This document shows positions 1 to 9,605 of a DNA stretch of 64,000 nt, in pieces; position 1 is the first letter of the stretch, and each line of letters opens with the position of its first letter. The stretch lies in assembly GCA_038040485.1 (NCBI GenBank), contig JBBPIE010000001.1, positions 152,014 through 216,013 on the forward strand, in the 5' to 3' direction. The translations under genes and the position numbers were made by a program. The notes under the pieces are model-generated. The model ran no database searches. It was given only the letters and a program-made list of their open reading frames with translations, and was not told the DNA's origin. Source of the stretch: Candidatus Onstottus arcticum. Its GTDB lineage: Bacteria; Acidobacteriota; Blastocatellia; UBA7656.

Positions 1-246
1 AGCGCGGGCGTTAACCAGGGGGTACCCGGCGAAGTGGGGCCGGAGTTCAAGTTCCAGTGATAGCCGGGGACCGAATCCTCACGGTCCCTGTTCCATAGAG
101 GCAGACCAGCGGCAATTGTGCTATTCTGTATACGGTTTCAGGCGCCCCAGTTCATAGTCCTAAGATCACAGTTGCCCCTGTCGCGCTGGCGCAAGTTGGC
201 CAGGGCGAGTCGGAAACCATCAAAGTACAAAATCGAAGCTGAGTAA

Positions 247-2526
247 TTGGAAATAAGGCAGGTCATGAAAAGAAAGCTTTATGTAGTTGCGTTACTAGTG
301 CTGGCGCTTGCCATGCAGGCGTCGAACGGGTTGCTGGGCACGACTCGAGCGCAGGTTCGGGTCCGCGATGACGGCCAGCCGGCCCGCAAGTCGCAGCAGT
401 CCACGGGACGAGCAAGGGCGATCGTCGAGCTTGAAAGCGCTCCGGTTGCGGCGCATGAACGAGCAGCAGTTGGTCTGCCCCGGAGAAGCATCGACTTTGA
501 AGCGCCGAGGGCAAGGGCTTATGAATCGCGGCTGGAAGGCGAGCAGCAAGACTTCATGACGCGCGCAGCGCTGGTTTCGCCGGGCATTCGAGTGAGGGCG
601 AAGCTTCGAAGGCTTGCCAACGCGGTATCCGTTGAGGCCGGCGCGAGTGAGGTTGCGGCGCTTGCGAGTCTGCCGGGCGTAAAGCGAGTACAGATCGCCC
701 GCGAGTATCACTCCACACTCGATACGAGCGTGCCGCTGATCAACGCGCCGGCAGTGTGGAACAATGCGGCCGGACCATCAGCCAAGGGTGAGGGGATGAA
801 GATTGCGATTCTCGACACGGGGATCGACATAACCAACGCGTTGTTCTCCGGCGCTGGCTTCATTGCACCTGCCGGATTCCCACGCGCAAACCACGGCAAC
901 CTGGTGTTCACCAACAACAAGGTCATCGTCGCGAAGTCATTCCTCGACGAGTCGACGTCGGCGCAGGACGAGTTCGGGCACGGGTCGAACGTAGCTGGGA
1001 TCGCGGCCGGAAACTCCGGAACAGTATCGCCGCTCGCCGCGCTTTCCGGAGTTGCACCGCGCGCTTTCCTCGGAAACTATCGAGTGCTGGACGAAGAGGG
1101 CAACGGTTTTGAAGACCAGATTGCGTTGGCTCTCGATGAAGCTCTGTCCGACGGATTCGACGTAGCGAACCTGAGTCTTGGCGGGCCGGCCGACGACACG
1201 ATTGGCTTTCTGGATCAAGCAGTTGAGGATGCGGTGAGTGGGGGAATGATCGTTGTCTGCTCGGCGGGCAACGAAGGGGCCGGCGGCGAGGATGATGACA
1301 TGACAATCGGATCGCCGGGCATCGCGCCTTCGGCGATCACCGTTGCCGCTTCTTCAAACGCTCACATTGTTGGGCCGGTCATCACGGTCGATCAACCGGC
1401 GCCGGTCGCGGAGACTCTGCTGAAGATAGGCTCGTCAACCGGCAACTCGGTCGTAGTGGGAGACACCCTTACTCAGGTGCCTTATGCCTACGTGGACCCG
1501 CAGCGCCGGGCATGCGGCGGGAGCCAGATTGGCTCACTGACAGGAAACGTTGCGCTAATCGAACGCGGCGGAACAAAGCCAAACGGGAGCGCGTGTGGCT
1601 TCGCGGATAAGGTCAATGCAGCGAGCGCGGCGGGCGCCCGGGCGGCGATCATCTTTAACAAGGACGTATCAGAGGGAGCAGACGGCGGCGAGAGTATCCT
1701 CAACATGGAGGTTAGCGGCACGACCATTCCTTCGGTGTTCATCGCACGAAGCGCGGGTCTGGCGCTTCGAGATTTTCTGGCTGCGAATCCGAGTGCGCTT
1801 CTGACCATCAAGCCGCTAGGAACCGGGAGCTTTACGGCGGACGTGTTAGCTGATTTCAGCTCGCGTGGTCCGTCCACGATCCTGGGCTTGAAGCCGGACA
1901 TAACCGCGCCGGGAGTCATCATTTACTCGGCCGCGATTACGGACCCGAACGGGGCCGTCACAGACCCAAGCGGATTCGCAGCGGTGAGCGGCACTAGCCA
2001 GGCTGCACCCCACATCGCAGGCGGCGCCGCGTTGATCAAGCAGCTCAACCCCAACTTCACTCCGGTGCAGGTCAAATCGGTTTTGATGAGTTCCGCTTTG
2101 GCCGACGTGTTCGACACCGTCAACAAAACCACGCGAGTCCCTGTGCTGGCACAGGGCGCGGGGCGCGTGGATTTGGCTCGCGCTGCCGCGGTCAAAGCGA
2201 GCTGTTCTCCGGCCAGCGTGAGCTTTGGAATCGTCAAGCGAAAGAACAAGCTGACGCTCACTGCCGCTCTGACCTTCACTAATGTCGGCGGCAACCAAAA
2301 CACGTTCAACCTGAGCACGCTGCAGCTCGATACAGAGTCGCCTCTCGTAGTGTCGGTGTCCTCGCCGGCGATGACTCTCGCCGCAGGCCAGACGGGTACG
2401 GTGGAGCTTTCGGTCTTTTTGAAGAAGAAGAACAAAGCTGAGAAGCGTGACTACACGGGCTACGTGAACGTCACGGACTCGCTCGGCCTGACCGTTCACG
2501 TTCCTTACTGGGTGCGCTACAAGTAG
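247..2526 (+). CDS. Secreted subtilisin-like serine peptidase (S8 family) with N-terminal signal peptide
   Basis: 759-aa ORF. Catalytic-triad motifs DTGID (Asp), HGSNVAGIAAG (His) and GTSQAAPHIAGGAALI (Ser) are present. Hydrophobic N-terminus. Confidence 0.9.
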   Translation: MEIRQVMKRKLYVVALLVLALAMQASNGLLGTTRAQVRVRDDGQPARKSQQSTGRARAIVELESAPVAAHERAAVGLPRRSIDFEAPRARAYESRLEGEQQDFMTRAALVSPGIRVRAKLRRLANAVSVEAGASEVAALASLPGVKRVQIAREYHSTLDTSVPLINAPAVWNNAAGPSAKGEGMKIAILDTGIDITNALFSGAGFIAPAGFPRANHGNLVFTNNKVIVAKSFLDESTSAQDEFGHGSNVAGIAAGNSGTVSPLAALSGVAPRAFLGNYRVLDEEGNGFEDQIALALDEALSDGFDVANLSLGGPADDTIGFLDQAVEDAVSGGMIVVCSAGNEGAGGEDDDMTIGSPGIAPSAITVAASSNAHIVGPVITVDQPAPVAETLLKIGSSTGNSVVVGDTLTQVPYAYVDPQRRACGGSQIGSLTGNVALIERGGTKPNGSACGFADKVNAASAAGARAAIIFNKDVSEGADGGESILNMEVSGTTIPSVFIARSAGLALRDFLAANPSALLTIKPLGTGSFTADVLADFSSRGPSTILGLKPDITAPGVIIYSAAITDPNGAVTDPSGFAAVSGTSQAAPHIAGGAALIKQLNPNFTPVQVKSVLMSSALADVFDTVNKTTRVPVLAQGAGRVDLARAAAVKASCSPASVSFGIVKRKNKLTLTAALTFTNVGGNQNTFNLSTLQLDTESPLVVSVSSPAMTLAAGQTGTVELSVFLKKKNKAEKRDYTGYVNVTDSLGLTVHVPYWVRYK

Positions 2527-2530
2527 ACGA

Positions 2531-2660
2531 AGCGAGGGCGCGAAGGGGATAGGGAGACAGGGCGAAGGGGAGACGGGGTGAAGGCATCTCGTCTCCCCTT
2601 CGCCGCGTCTCCCCCTCGCCCCCTCTCCCCTTCGCCCCTTCGCCCCTTCGCCCCTTCGCC
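2531..2660. repeat. Imperfect palindrome made of CGAAGGGG(A) / (T)CCCCTTCG tandem repeats, between convergent genes
   Basis: G-rich arm 2534-2583 and complementary C-rich arm 2590-2660 around centre 'aaggcatctcgtc'. The C-rich arm carries extra CCCCTTCG units. Confidence 0.8.
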
Positions 2661-2674
2661 GAGTCACTCCTCAA

Positions 2675-3787
2675 TCACGGCTTCTTCCGCCTCTGCTTCT
2701 CCTTTTCCCTCTCAAGCTCTCGCTGTTTTCGAAGTTCTTCTTCCATCTCGAGAATCGAAGGGGGAGGCGGCGCAAACGTTAGTTCCTCGCGATAAGTCGC
2801 GTAAACCGGCTTGCCGTTGAGCAGCGCAGGCGAGAAGCGATACTGGCGGAACGCGTCGATCGCGCGTTCGTCAATAATCGCATCCAGCGAGCGCATCACT
2901 CGCACGTTCACGATCTTCCCTTCGGGTGTGACGACGCCGCCCAACAACACCGAGCCTCGGATTGCGCGGACGGCCTCGAACTTTGGCGCCACCCGCTCGA
3001 GCGGAACCGGCAGCGTGAACCGATCGTTTTCCGTCATCTTCAACGCAGCCCCGAACTCATCGACTGGATGCGACAATTCCTGGGGCCGGTTGCGCAGGTT
3101 TGCAAGCGGGACGATCTCCGGCGTTACCGACATCAGCAGCGTCCGTTCGATTGGCACGCTTTCCTGGCGCCCGCCTGCTCCGATGTAGCTTTTTACGCCG
3201 AACATTCCTTTTCCGCCGCGAAGCAATACCGTCTCGAAGTTGTCCAACTCGACGCCCTTCAGGTCAAGCAGTGGTTGGTTCGCGTAGCGAACCTGCACGT
3301 CCAGTTTCATGAATCCCCGAACCACTTCGCGCGGAGTCACCGAGAAAACCATGTACTCCGGACCGAGCAAGACCGCGTCGCTGAAAGTATCGCCCGAGCG
3401 CAGACCGACTTCGCGCACGTGGCGCATCGCAAGTTCTTCGAGCTTGTGCTTGTCCTTCACATAGGCGCTCTCTTCTTGCGCGCTCGAAGCGGTGCTTGCA
3501 AGACGCGTGACTTCTTGCATCGCAGGCGAGCGAGCCGCATCGTATTGGTACGCGGCAAACGTAAAGTTGACTGCGTACTCGCGGCCGCCGGATCGCACGC
3601 CGCCCGACCCGCTTTGACCAGGCGCCGGCGAAGAACAAGTCAGAAACAGCGCAATAGCCGAGAGCGCGCAGAACGCCTTCCGCGAGCCTTGCGGTTTACT
3701 TTCCTTGAGCAAAGGAAGGGTCACTAAACGGCGCGAACGCGCCAGGACTAACCGCGAGTTTGAAACCCAACGGAACCAGTAGCTCAT
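2675..3787 (-). CDS. Lipoprotein/secreted protein with C-terminal TonB_C-like domain
   Basis: C-terminal segment VLLGGVVTPEGKIVNVRVMRSLDAIIDERAIDAFRQYRFSPALLNGKPV resembles the TonB C-terminal domain. N-terminal lipobox-like LTCSS. Start moved to ATG at 3787 (MSYWF) to avoid overlap with rsmI; start uncertain. Confidence 0.55.
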   Translation of the reverse strand: MSYWFRWVSNSRLVLARSRRLVTLPLLKESKPQGSRKAFCALSAIALFLTCSSPAPGQSGSGGVRSGGREYAVNFTFAAYQYDAARSPAMQEVTRLASTASSAQEESAYVKDKHKLEELAMRHVREVGLRSGDTFSDAVLLGPEYMVFSVTPREVVRGFMKLDVQVRYANQPLLDLKGVELDNFETVLLRGGKGMFGVKSYIGAGGRQESVPIERTLLMSVTPEIVPLANLRNRPQELSHPVDEFGAALKMTENDRFTLPVPLERVAPKFEAVRAIRGSVLLGGVVTPEGKIVNVRVMRSLDAIIDERAIDAFRQYRFSPALLNGKPVYATYREELTFAPPPPSILEMEEELRKQRELEREKEKQRRKKP

Positions 3788-3791
3788 ATGA

Positions 3792-4658
3792 TTAACCCCC
3801 GTCGCGCTCGCCATCGCGCTCGCCGGCGCGCTCAGTCAGCATTTGCCGATAAGCTTCGCTTTTGCCAATTCCGCGTGCGCGAGCGACTCGCTTGAGCGCG
3901 GTTTTCTTGTCAACGCGTTCAACGCGCATCAGTTCTTCGACGTCTTCAATCACCGGGCGGCTTGCGTGGACTTCCCCTGTGCGTGTCGCGGCCGGCGGAC
4001 CGAATAACAACACTATCTCGCCGCGTGTGCCTTCGGGAAGCTCGATCTCCGTCAGGTCGCCCCTGATGAATTCCTCGTGAATCTTTGTCAGCTCGCGCGC
4101 AACCACGACCCGCCGTTCGCCGAGCATCTCGCGCGCGTCGGCAAGCGCTTGTTTGATGCGATGAGGAGCTTCATAAAAAACAATCGTCATCGGCAGCGTC
4201 CCAAGCTCCGCGAGCCTCGCGCGGCGCGCCGTACGTTTGGACGGCAGAAACCCGGCGAAGATGAACTGATCGGTTGGAAGCCCTGAAGCTGCAACCGCCG
4301 CAATAAATGCCGACGCTCCGGGGATCGGCACTACGGGGATTCCTCGCTCGATCGCTTCCTGAACCACGCGAAGGCCCGGGTCGGAAACCAGCGGCGTGCC
4401 TGCGTCCGAGACCAACGCGATATTCGCGCCCGATTCGAGCCTGGCTATAAGCTCGCTCGTGCGCTCGCGCTCGTTGTGTTCGTGGTAGCTAACCGTCGGC
4501 CTGGAAATCTGATGGTGAGAGAGGAGCTTCCTCGTGTGGCGTGTGTCTTCACAGGCAATGAGATCCGCTTCCTTGAGGATGCGAAGCGCTCGAAGCGTGA
4601 TGTCTTCGAGATTCCCTATCGGAGTTGCAACTATGAAAAGCGTTCCTGACATGATCAA
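3792..4658 (-). CDS. rsmI: 16S rRNA (cytidine1402-2'-O)-methyltransferase
   Basis: N-terminus LFIVATPIGNLEDITLRALRILKEADLIACEDTRHTRKLL is the RsmI/YraL tetrapyrrole-methylase signature. Has a C-terminal ERDGERDGG extension. Confidence 0.9.
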   Translation of the reverse strand: MIMSGTLFIVATPIGNLEDITLRALRILKEADLIACEDTRHTRKLLSHHQISRPTVSYHEHNERERTSELIARLESGANIALVSDAGTPLVSDPGLRVVQEAIERGIPVVPIPGASAFIAAVAASGLPTDQFIFAGFLPSKRTARRARLAELGTLPMTIVFYEAPHRIKQALADAREMLGERRVVVARELTKIHEEFIRGDLTEIELPEGTRGEIVLLFGPPAATRTGEVHASRPVIEDVEELMRVERVDKKTALKRVARARGIGKSEAYRQMLTERAGERDGERDGG

Positions 4659-4855
4659 GCCCTTTAGTCCGGACGCTTCGATTATAGGCAGTCAAGGGGG
4701 CCGCGTATAATCGCTTTCAGTGTATTCGCGGAGATTAGCGTTATTCGTGGATGAAGTGGCCGCCAACCTGAATAGTTCGGCTACTGGCACTCTCGCCGCT
4801 CGCGTATAATCGAATGCGGGCAATCGTGGAAATTCGTGTTATTCGCGGAGGCGAT

Positions 4856-5287
4856 ATGCTCATATACAAGGAGGAGGTCTACTCCATAGTCGGCGCGGCG
4901 ATGGAAGTCTACAATACCCTGGGTGCAGGGTTTCTAGAACCCGTGTACCAGGAGGCTTTCGAGATCGAACTTGGGTCACGGGGCATCCCGTTCGGAGCCA
5001 AAAGGGAACTAAGAATAGCCTACAAAGAGCGCATACTCAGCAAGTCTTACGTGGCCGATCTGATTGTCTTCGAGAAGATCATCGTGGAGGTCAAAGCTCT
5101 AACAAATCTAACGTCTCGCGAAGAAGCTCAACTGCTCAACTATCTCAAAGCAACTGGCCACCAGGTCGGCGTGCTCATCAACTTCGGCTCTGATCGTAAA
5201 CTGGACTGGAAGCGTATGGTATTCACAAAGCTGTCCACGAATAACGCGAATCATCGCGAATTTTCCGGGGACATTGGCGAAGATTAG
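4856..5287 (+). CDS. GxxExxY family protein (PD-(D/E)XK nuclease-like)
   Basis: Matches the family pattern: EVYSIVGAAMEVYNTLGAGFLEPVYQEAFEIEL ... YVADLIVFEKIIVEVKA. Start chosen at internal ATG 4856 (MLIYKEE). Confidence 0.75.
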   Translation: MLIYKEEVYSIVGAAMEVYNTLGAGFLEPVYQEAFEIELGSRGIPFGAKRELRIAYKERILSKSYVADLIVFEKIIVEVKALTNLTSREEAQLLNYLKATGHQVGVLINFGSDRKLDWKRMVFTKLSTNNANHREFSGDIGED

Positions 5288-5402
5288 TGTTGTTCGCGGA
5301 GCAAGGCATGAAGTTTGACAGTCCAAACACTCTACACTATAGTGTGCCAGGCCGTTATTATAGCGCTATTCATAGTGGCCACGCTGAGCCACGGGGTTTT
5401 GA

Positions 5403-8400
5403 ATGTTCAGACTCGAAAAACTTGAGATCATCGGATTTAAGTCTTTTGCCGACCGCACAACTCTCGTCTTTGGCGAAGGGATTACCGGCGTCGTAGGCCC
5501 GAACGGCTGCGGCAAAAGCAACATCGCCGAAGCCATCTCGTGGGTGCTGGGCGAACAGTCCGCCAAGAATCTGCGCGGCGGCAAGATGGAAGACGTCATC
5601 TTCAACGGCACCCGTGACCGCAAGCCCACTGGCCTCGCCGAAGTGTTGCTCACGATGGTAGCTATCGAAGACATCGCTGCTCGCGACGCCCAGGAGCCGG
5701 ACGGCGACGACGAACTTGAGTTCGACGAAGCGCTCTCCAGCGCCCAGCGCGCCGCCGATGCCGCGCGCTCGCTAGTCGAGGAGCTTGCGCCGCCTGAGGA
5801 AGAAACAGCCGAGCTTCCGGAAGCCACGGCATCCGAAGCCGGCGAAACAACCGAACCGCTGGCGCAGCCCGACGACGTTGATTGCGCACTCTCTGATCAG
5901 GCAGGCGCAACCGAGCCAGCCACTGACGATCAATCGGCGGAAGTGCGAGGCGATTCCTCCCTCTCTCAACTTGAAGTCGAGCCCGTCGCCGGTGAGACAG
6001 ACGCGCAAACCGATCGCGAGGAAAAGAAGAAGCGTCGCTCGCCGCGCCCGCCCAAGCGCCGCACGATTGCAATATCGGCGGGTGAGCGCGTCACCGTCGG
6101 CCGCAGGCTTTACCGCACGGGCGACAGCGACTACCTCATGAACGGCCGGCCTTGCTTGTTGCGCGACGTTCAGGATCTGTTCGCTGGAACCGGACTGGGC
6201 GGCGCGCACTACGCGATCATCGAACAAGGCCGCATCGGGCAGATACTCTCTTCAAAGCCGCTCGACCGCCGCGGCCTGATCGAAGAAGCTGCGGGCATCA
6301 CTAAGTTCAAATCTCGCAAGCGCGCCACCGAACTCAAGCTCGATTCGGCCAAGCTGAACCTCACCCGGCTCAACGACATCATCAGCGAAGTCGAGCGGCA
6401 AGTGAACAGCCTCAAGCGGCAAGCGCAGAAGGCGCGCCGCTATCGCCGCCTCCGCGAAGAGATGCGCTCGCTGATGAAGGTGGTGTTCACCGCCGACCAC
6501 TACCGGCTCAGTGAAGCCAACGAGCGAGTTGCACGCGAGCTTCAAGAAGCCGGGCGCAACCAGACCGAGCTTGACACCCAACTCACCGAGCGTGAAACCG
6601 AGCATCGCGGTGTTTCGGGTCACGCGCGCTCGGCGGAAGACCAGCTTGCGGGTCTGCGCGAGCAGGCGGCGGCGCTCGAGCTTGAAGCGGACCGGGCGCG
6701 CAATCGCCGCGCGTTCGAGGAACAACAGATCAAGGAACTCGGCGCGCGGATCGAAGAACTCAATCGCGATCAACAAGCTTTTGACTCGCGGCTCGAGTTA
6801 CTGGACGAAGAAGCGAAGCGCCGCGGCGAAAGTCTCAGCGCGCTCGAGACTGAACTTGCGGCCGCGCAAGCCGGGCTGCTGACCTGCGACGGCGAATACC
6901 AGGAAGAGCTTTCGCGATTGCGCGCAGCCGAAGTCGAGATCGAAGCGATGCGCCAGCGAATGGTCTGGGAGATCGGCGCAACCGAACGGCTCCGGAACCT
7001 GGGCGCGAGCGTTCAGGATTCGTTTAAACGGCTCGAACTGAGGCAAACAACCCTGCAGGCTGAGTTCGAACGCGCGACGGCCCGGCGCGACGAAGCCGCA
7101 ACGGAGCACTCGCGCGTCCAGAGCGAATCCGACGACGGCCGCCGCCGCCTCGACGAACTTACTGCAAGAATCGCGGAGCGCGCTGCTGAAGTGATCACGC
7201 TACGCGACCAGCGCGCCGCGCTTCGCGCCGAGCTCGAGAAGACACAGGCCGAGCGGGTTGCTGCTCAGCACAGGCTTGCGTCGCTCGAAGATCTCGACCG
7301 ACACCGCGCCTACTACACCGACGCGGTTCAACAAGTGCTGTCGCCCGAACAAGCCACGCGCATAAACGCGCTTGGCACTCTGGCCGATTTCGTCGAGGTC
7401 GATAAGCCATACGAGGCGCTCGTCGAAAGCCTGTTTGGACGCGAGCTGCAATCCGTCCTCGTTCCCACCATCGATGATGCGCTTGCCGGCGTCGATTACA
7501 TCAAGAGCGAAGAACTGGGTCGCGGCGCGTTCCTTGTGGTTGGCCTGCACGGGGGCGAGGAAGACGCTTCGGATTCGGACGGTCGCCCAGACGACGAAGG
7601 CAGAGAGCCAAGCGACGACTCGCGAACCGAATGGTCGCAACAACCGGTCTTCGAAGTTGACGACAGAGGCCGCGTCTTCGACTCCGCGTCCGAGCCCGTG
7701 CCTATGCAGTTTCATCTCGAAGTGCTGCGCGCGATTGACCTGCTGGGGTTGAGGCCGGAAATCAAGAACGTAGTCGAACACGCTTTCCCGGAGAAATGCG
7801 GCGCGGCGGTCGTGCCGGATCTCGAAGCCGCGCTTCACCTCTCAATCGAGAACCAGTCGCGAATCTACGTCACGTCGGACGGCGAAATGGTAGTCAACGG
7901 GCGTTTGATCGTCACCGGCGCACAGGCCGGCCAGCGCGGGACTTCGCTTCTAGGGTTGAAGCGCGAGATCAAGGAGCTGCGAATTCAGAGTGAGACGCTT
8001 GGCCTCGAGCAAGAGCGGTTGAGCGGCGAGATGGACGACGCCGAGCGGAAGCTTGCGGGGATGGAAGGCGAGGCCGCCGCGCTCGACGGCGAGCTTCGCG
8101 AACACGAGAAGACCGCTGCCGCGCGAAGCTCCCAGCTCGAAGGGTTGGCACGGGATCTCGAACGCGCCGAGCAGCACGTGCGAGTCGTCGGGCTCGAGTT
8201 AGAGCAAACTGCCGATGAGCGGCGCGAGCAAGAAACACGTGACGAGCAGATCGCGGCGGAGCTCGCGGCTGCCGAAGCTTCCCGACTGAGCGTGCAGGCA
8301 TCGCTCGCGGAATCTCAGTTGTCTCTCTCTGAGATGCGGGCGGGCGCGGAGCAGATCTCCGAGCGATTGTCCTCAGCGAGGGCTTCGGCTGCGGCGCTTG

Positions 8401-9605
8401 GCGAGCGATTGCAAGCGGCGCGCGCTGAGATGCGGCGAATCGAAAGTGAGACTGAGGAGTTGAACTCGCGGATTAACCGCAACCGCCTCGAGATGTACGA
8501 GAGCCACGGCCGCATCGAGGAACTGACCGTCTCGCAGACCGAAGCGGCGGGCGCACTGGCGCGCTTCGAGGCCGAGCGCGCGTCGCTCGATGAAAGCATC
8601 GACGCCGCGAGCAAGGAACTTCAAACGGCGCGCGCAAGGACCGACGAGCTCGAGACGATGCTCAGCGAGATGCGCCAGGCCGTTTCGGCGGCGCACGACC
8701 GGCGAAGCCAGTTCGAAATCGAACGTGCGAGAATCGAATCCGAGGCCGAGCATCTCGCGCGCACCTGCCTATCCGAGCTTGCGATGTCACTCGAAGACGT
8801 GGTGACCAGCGTTGAGATCAGTGGTCAGTGGCCGGAAGGCGGAGGCCAGAGGTCAGAAGTCGGAGATCAGAAGTCAGAAGTCGGCAGTCAGGTCCCGGAT
8901 CATTTGGCAGAGACTGATGGGGAGCAGACCGATCTGACCTCTGACCTCCGACCTCTGACCTCTGATTCCGCGCGCAGCCGCCTCGACGAGTTGCGCCGAA
9001 AGATAGACGAGATCGGGCCGGTCAATATGATGGCGCTCGAGGAGCTGGAGGAGTCCGAGCAGCGGTTCAAGTTCCTGAGCGAACAACGACGCGACATACT
9101 TGACTCGATCCGAATGACCGAGGAAGCGCTCACCGAGATTCGGCGGAGGTCGCGCGAGCGATTCCGCCACGCGTTCGCGCACATCAATGAAAACTTCCAG
9201 CGGATGTTCGTCGAGTTGTTTGGCGGCGGGCGCGGCGAGATGATTTTGATCGACCAAGACGACGTGCTCGAGTCGGGCATCGATCTGATCGCGCAGCCGC
9301 CCGGTAAGCGATTACAAAACGTGTTGCTCTTGTCGGGCGGTGAGAAAGCGATGGCGGCGATCGCGCTTGTGCTTGCGATCTTCCAGTACCGGCCTTCGCC
9401 GTTCTGCATACTCGACGAAGTCGATGCGCCGCTTGATGAGGTCAACGTCGGCCGGTTCTCGGACAAAGTGATAGAGATGAGCCGCGACACGCAGTTTCTG
9501 GTCATCACTCACAACAAACGCACTATGGAAGCCGCGCGAGCGCTTTACGGCGTCACTATGCAAGAGCCCGGCGTATCGAAACTCGTCTCGGTCAAGTTCG
9601 AGTAG
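5403..9605 (+). CDS. smc: Chromosome segregation protein SMC
   Basis: N-terminal head MFRLEKLEIIGFKSFADRTTLVFGEGITGVVGPNGCGKSNI (Walker A). Long coiled coils. C-terminal LSGGEKAMAAIALVLAIF signature and Walker B (ILDEVDAPLD). Confidence 0.93.
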   Translation: MFRLEKLEIIGFKSFADRTTLVFGEGITGVVGPNGCGKSNIAEAISWVLGEQSAKNLRGGKMEDVIFNGTRDRKPTGLAEVLLTMVAIEDIAARDAQEPDGDDELEFDEALSSAQRAADAARSLVEELAPPEEETAELPEATASEAGETTEPLAQPDDVDCALSDQAGATEPATDDQSAEVRGDSSLSQLEVEPVAGETDAQTDREEKKKRRSPRPPKRRTIAISAGERVTVGRRLYRTGDSDYLMNGRPCLLRDVQDLFAGTGLGGAHYAIIEQGRIGQILSSKPLDRRGLIEEAAGITKFKSRKRATELKLDSAKLNLTRLNDIISEVERQVNSLKRQAQKARRYRRLREEMRSLMKVVFTADHYRLSEANERVARELQEAGRNQTELDTQLTERETEHRGVSGHARSAEDQLAGLREQAAALELEADRARNRRAFEEQQIKELGARIEELNRDQQAFDSRLELLDEEAKRRGESLSALETELAAAQAGLLTCDGEYQEELSRLRAAEVEIEAMRQRMVWEIGATERLRNLGASVQDSFKRLELRQTTLQAEFERATARRDEAATEHSRVQSESDDGRRRLDELTARIAERAAEVITLRDQRAALRAELEKTQAERVAAQHRLASLEDLDRHRAYYTDAVQQVLSPEQATRINALGTLADFVEVDKPYEALVESLFGRELQSVLVPTIDDALAGVDYIKSEELGRGAFLVVGLHGGEEDASDSDGRPDDEGREPSDDSRTEWSQQPVFEVDDRGRVFDSASEPVPMQFHLEVLRAIDLLGLRPEIKNVVEHAFPEKCGAAVVPDLEAALHLSIENQSRIYVTSDGEMVVNGRLIVTGAQAGQRGTSLLGLKREIKELRIQSETLGLEQERLSGEMDDAERKLAGMEGEAAALDGELREHEKTAAARSSQLEGLARDLERAEQHVRVVGLELEQTADERREQETRDEQIAAELAAAEASRLSVQASLAESQLSLSEMRAGAEQISERLSSARASAAALGERLQAARAEMRRIESETEELNSRINRNRLEMYESHGRIEELTVSQTEAAGALARFEAERASLDESIDAASKELQTARARTDELETMLSEMRQAVSAAHDRRSQFEIERARIESEAEHLARTCLSELAMSLEDVVTSVEISGQWPEGGGQRSEVGDQKSEVGSQVPDHLAETDGEQTDLTSDLRPLTSDSARSRLDELRRKIDEIGPVNMMALEELEESEQRFKFLSEQRRDILDSIRMTEEALTEIRRRSRERFRHAFAHINENFQRMFVELFGGGRGEMILIDQDDVLESGIDLIAQPPGKRLQNVLLLSGGEKAMAAIALVLAIFQYRPSPFCILDEVDAPLDEVNVGRFSDKVIEMSRDTQFLVITHNKRTMEAARALYGVTMQEPGVSKLVSVKFE
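8818..8965. repeat. Imperfect palindromic simple-repeat element, in-frame inside smc
   Basis: Left arm 'agtggtcagtggccggaaggcggaggccagaggtcagaagtcggagatcagaagtcagaagtcgg'. Right arm 'gatctgacctctgacctccgacctctgacctctga' is the reverse complement of the GTCAGAGG-type units. Centre contains GGATCAT. Encodes QWPEGGGQRSEVGDQKSEVGS...TDLTSDLRPLTSDS. Confidence 0.85.

Noticed and set aside
1846-2667. 273-aa minus-strand ORF and other ORFs antisense to the S8 protease
   Set aside because: Overlap a well-supported protease gene. RG-rich low-complexity translation.
4814-4855. Upstream extension of the GxxExxY ORF (start at 4814)
   Set aside because: The extension (MRAIVEIRVIRGGD) is encoded by the repeated TATAAT-containing motif itself. 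The family-typical N-terminus begins at the 4856 ATG.
5366-8301. Multiple minus-strand ORFs (e.g. 5366..5827, 5662..6072, 6252..6776, 7200..7838, 7969..8301) inside smc
   Set aside because: Antisense to a strongly supported 1400-aa SMC gene. Their Arg/Ala-rich composition is typical of antisense reading of high-GC coding DNA.
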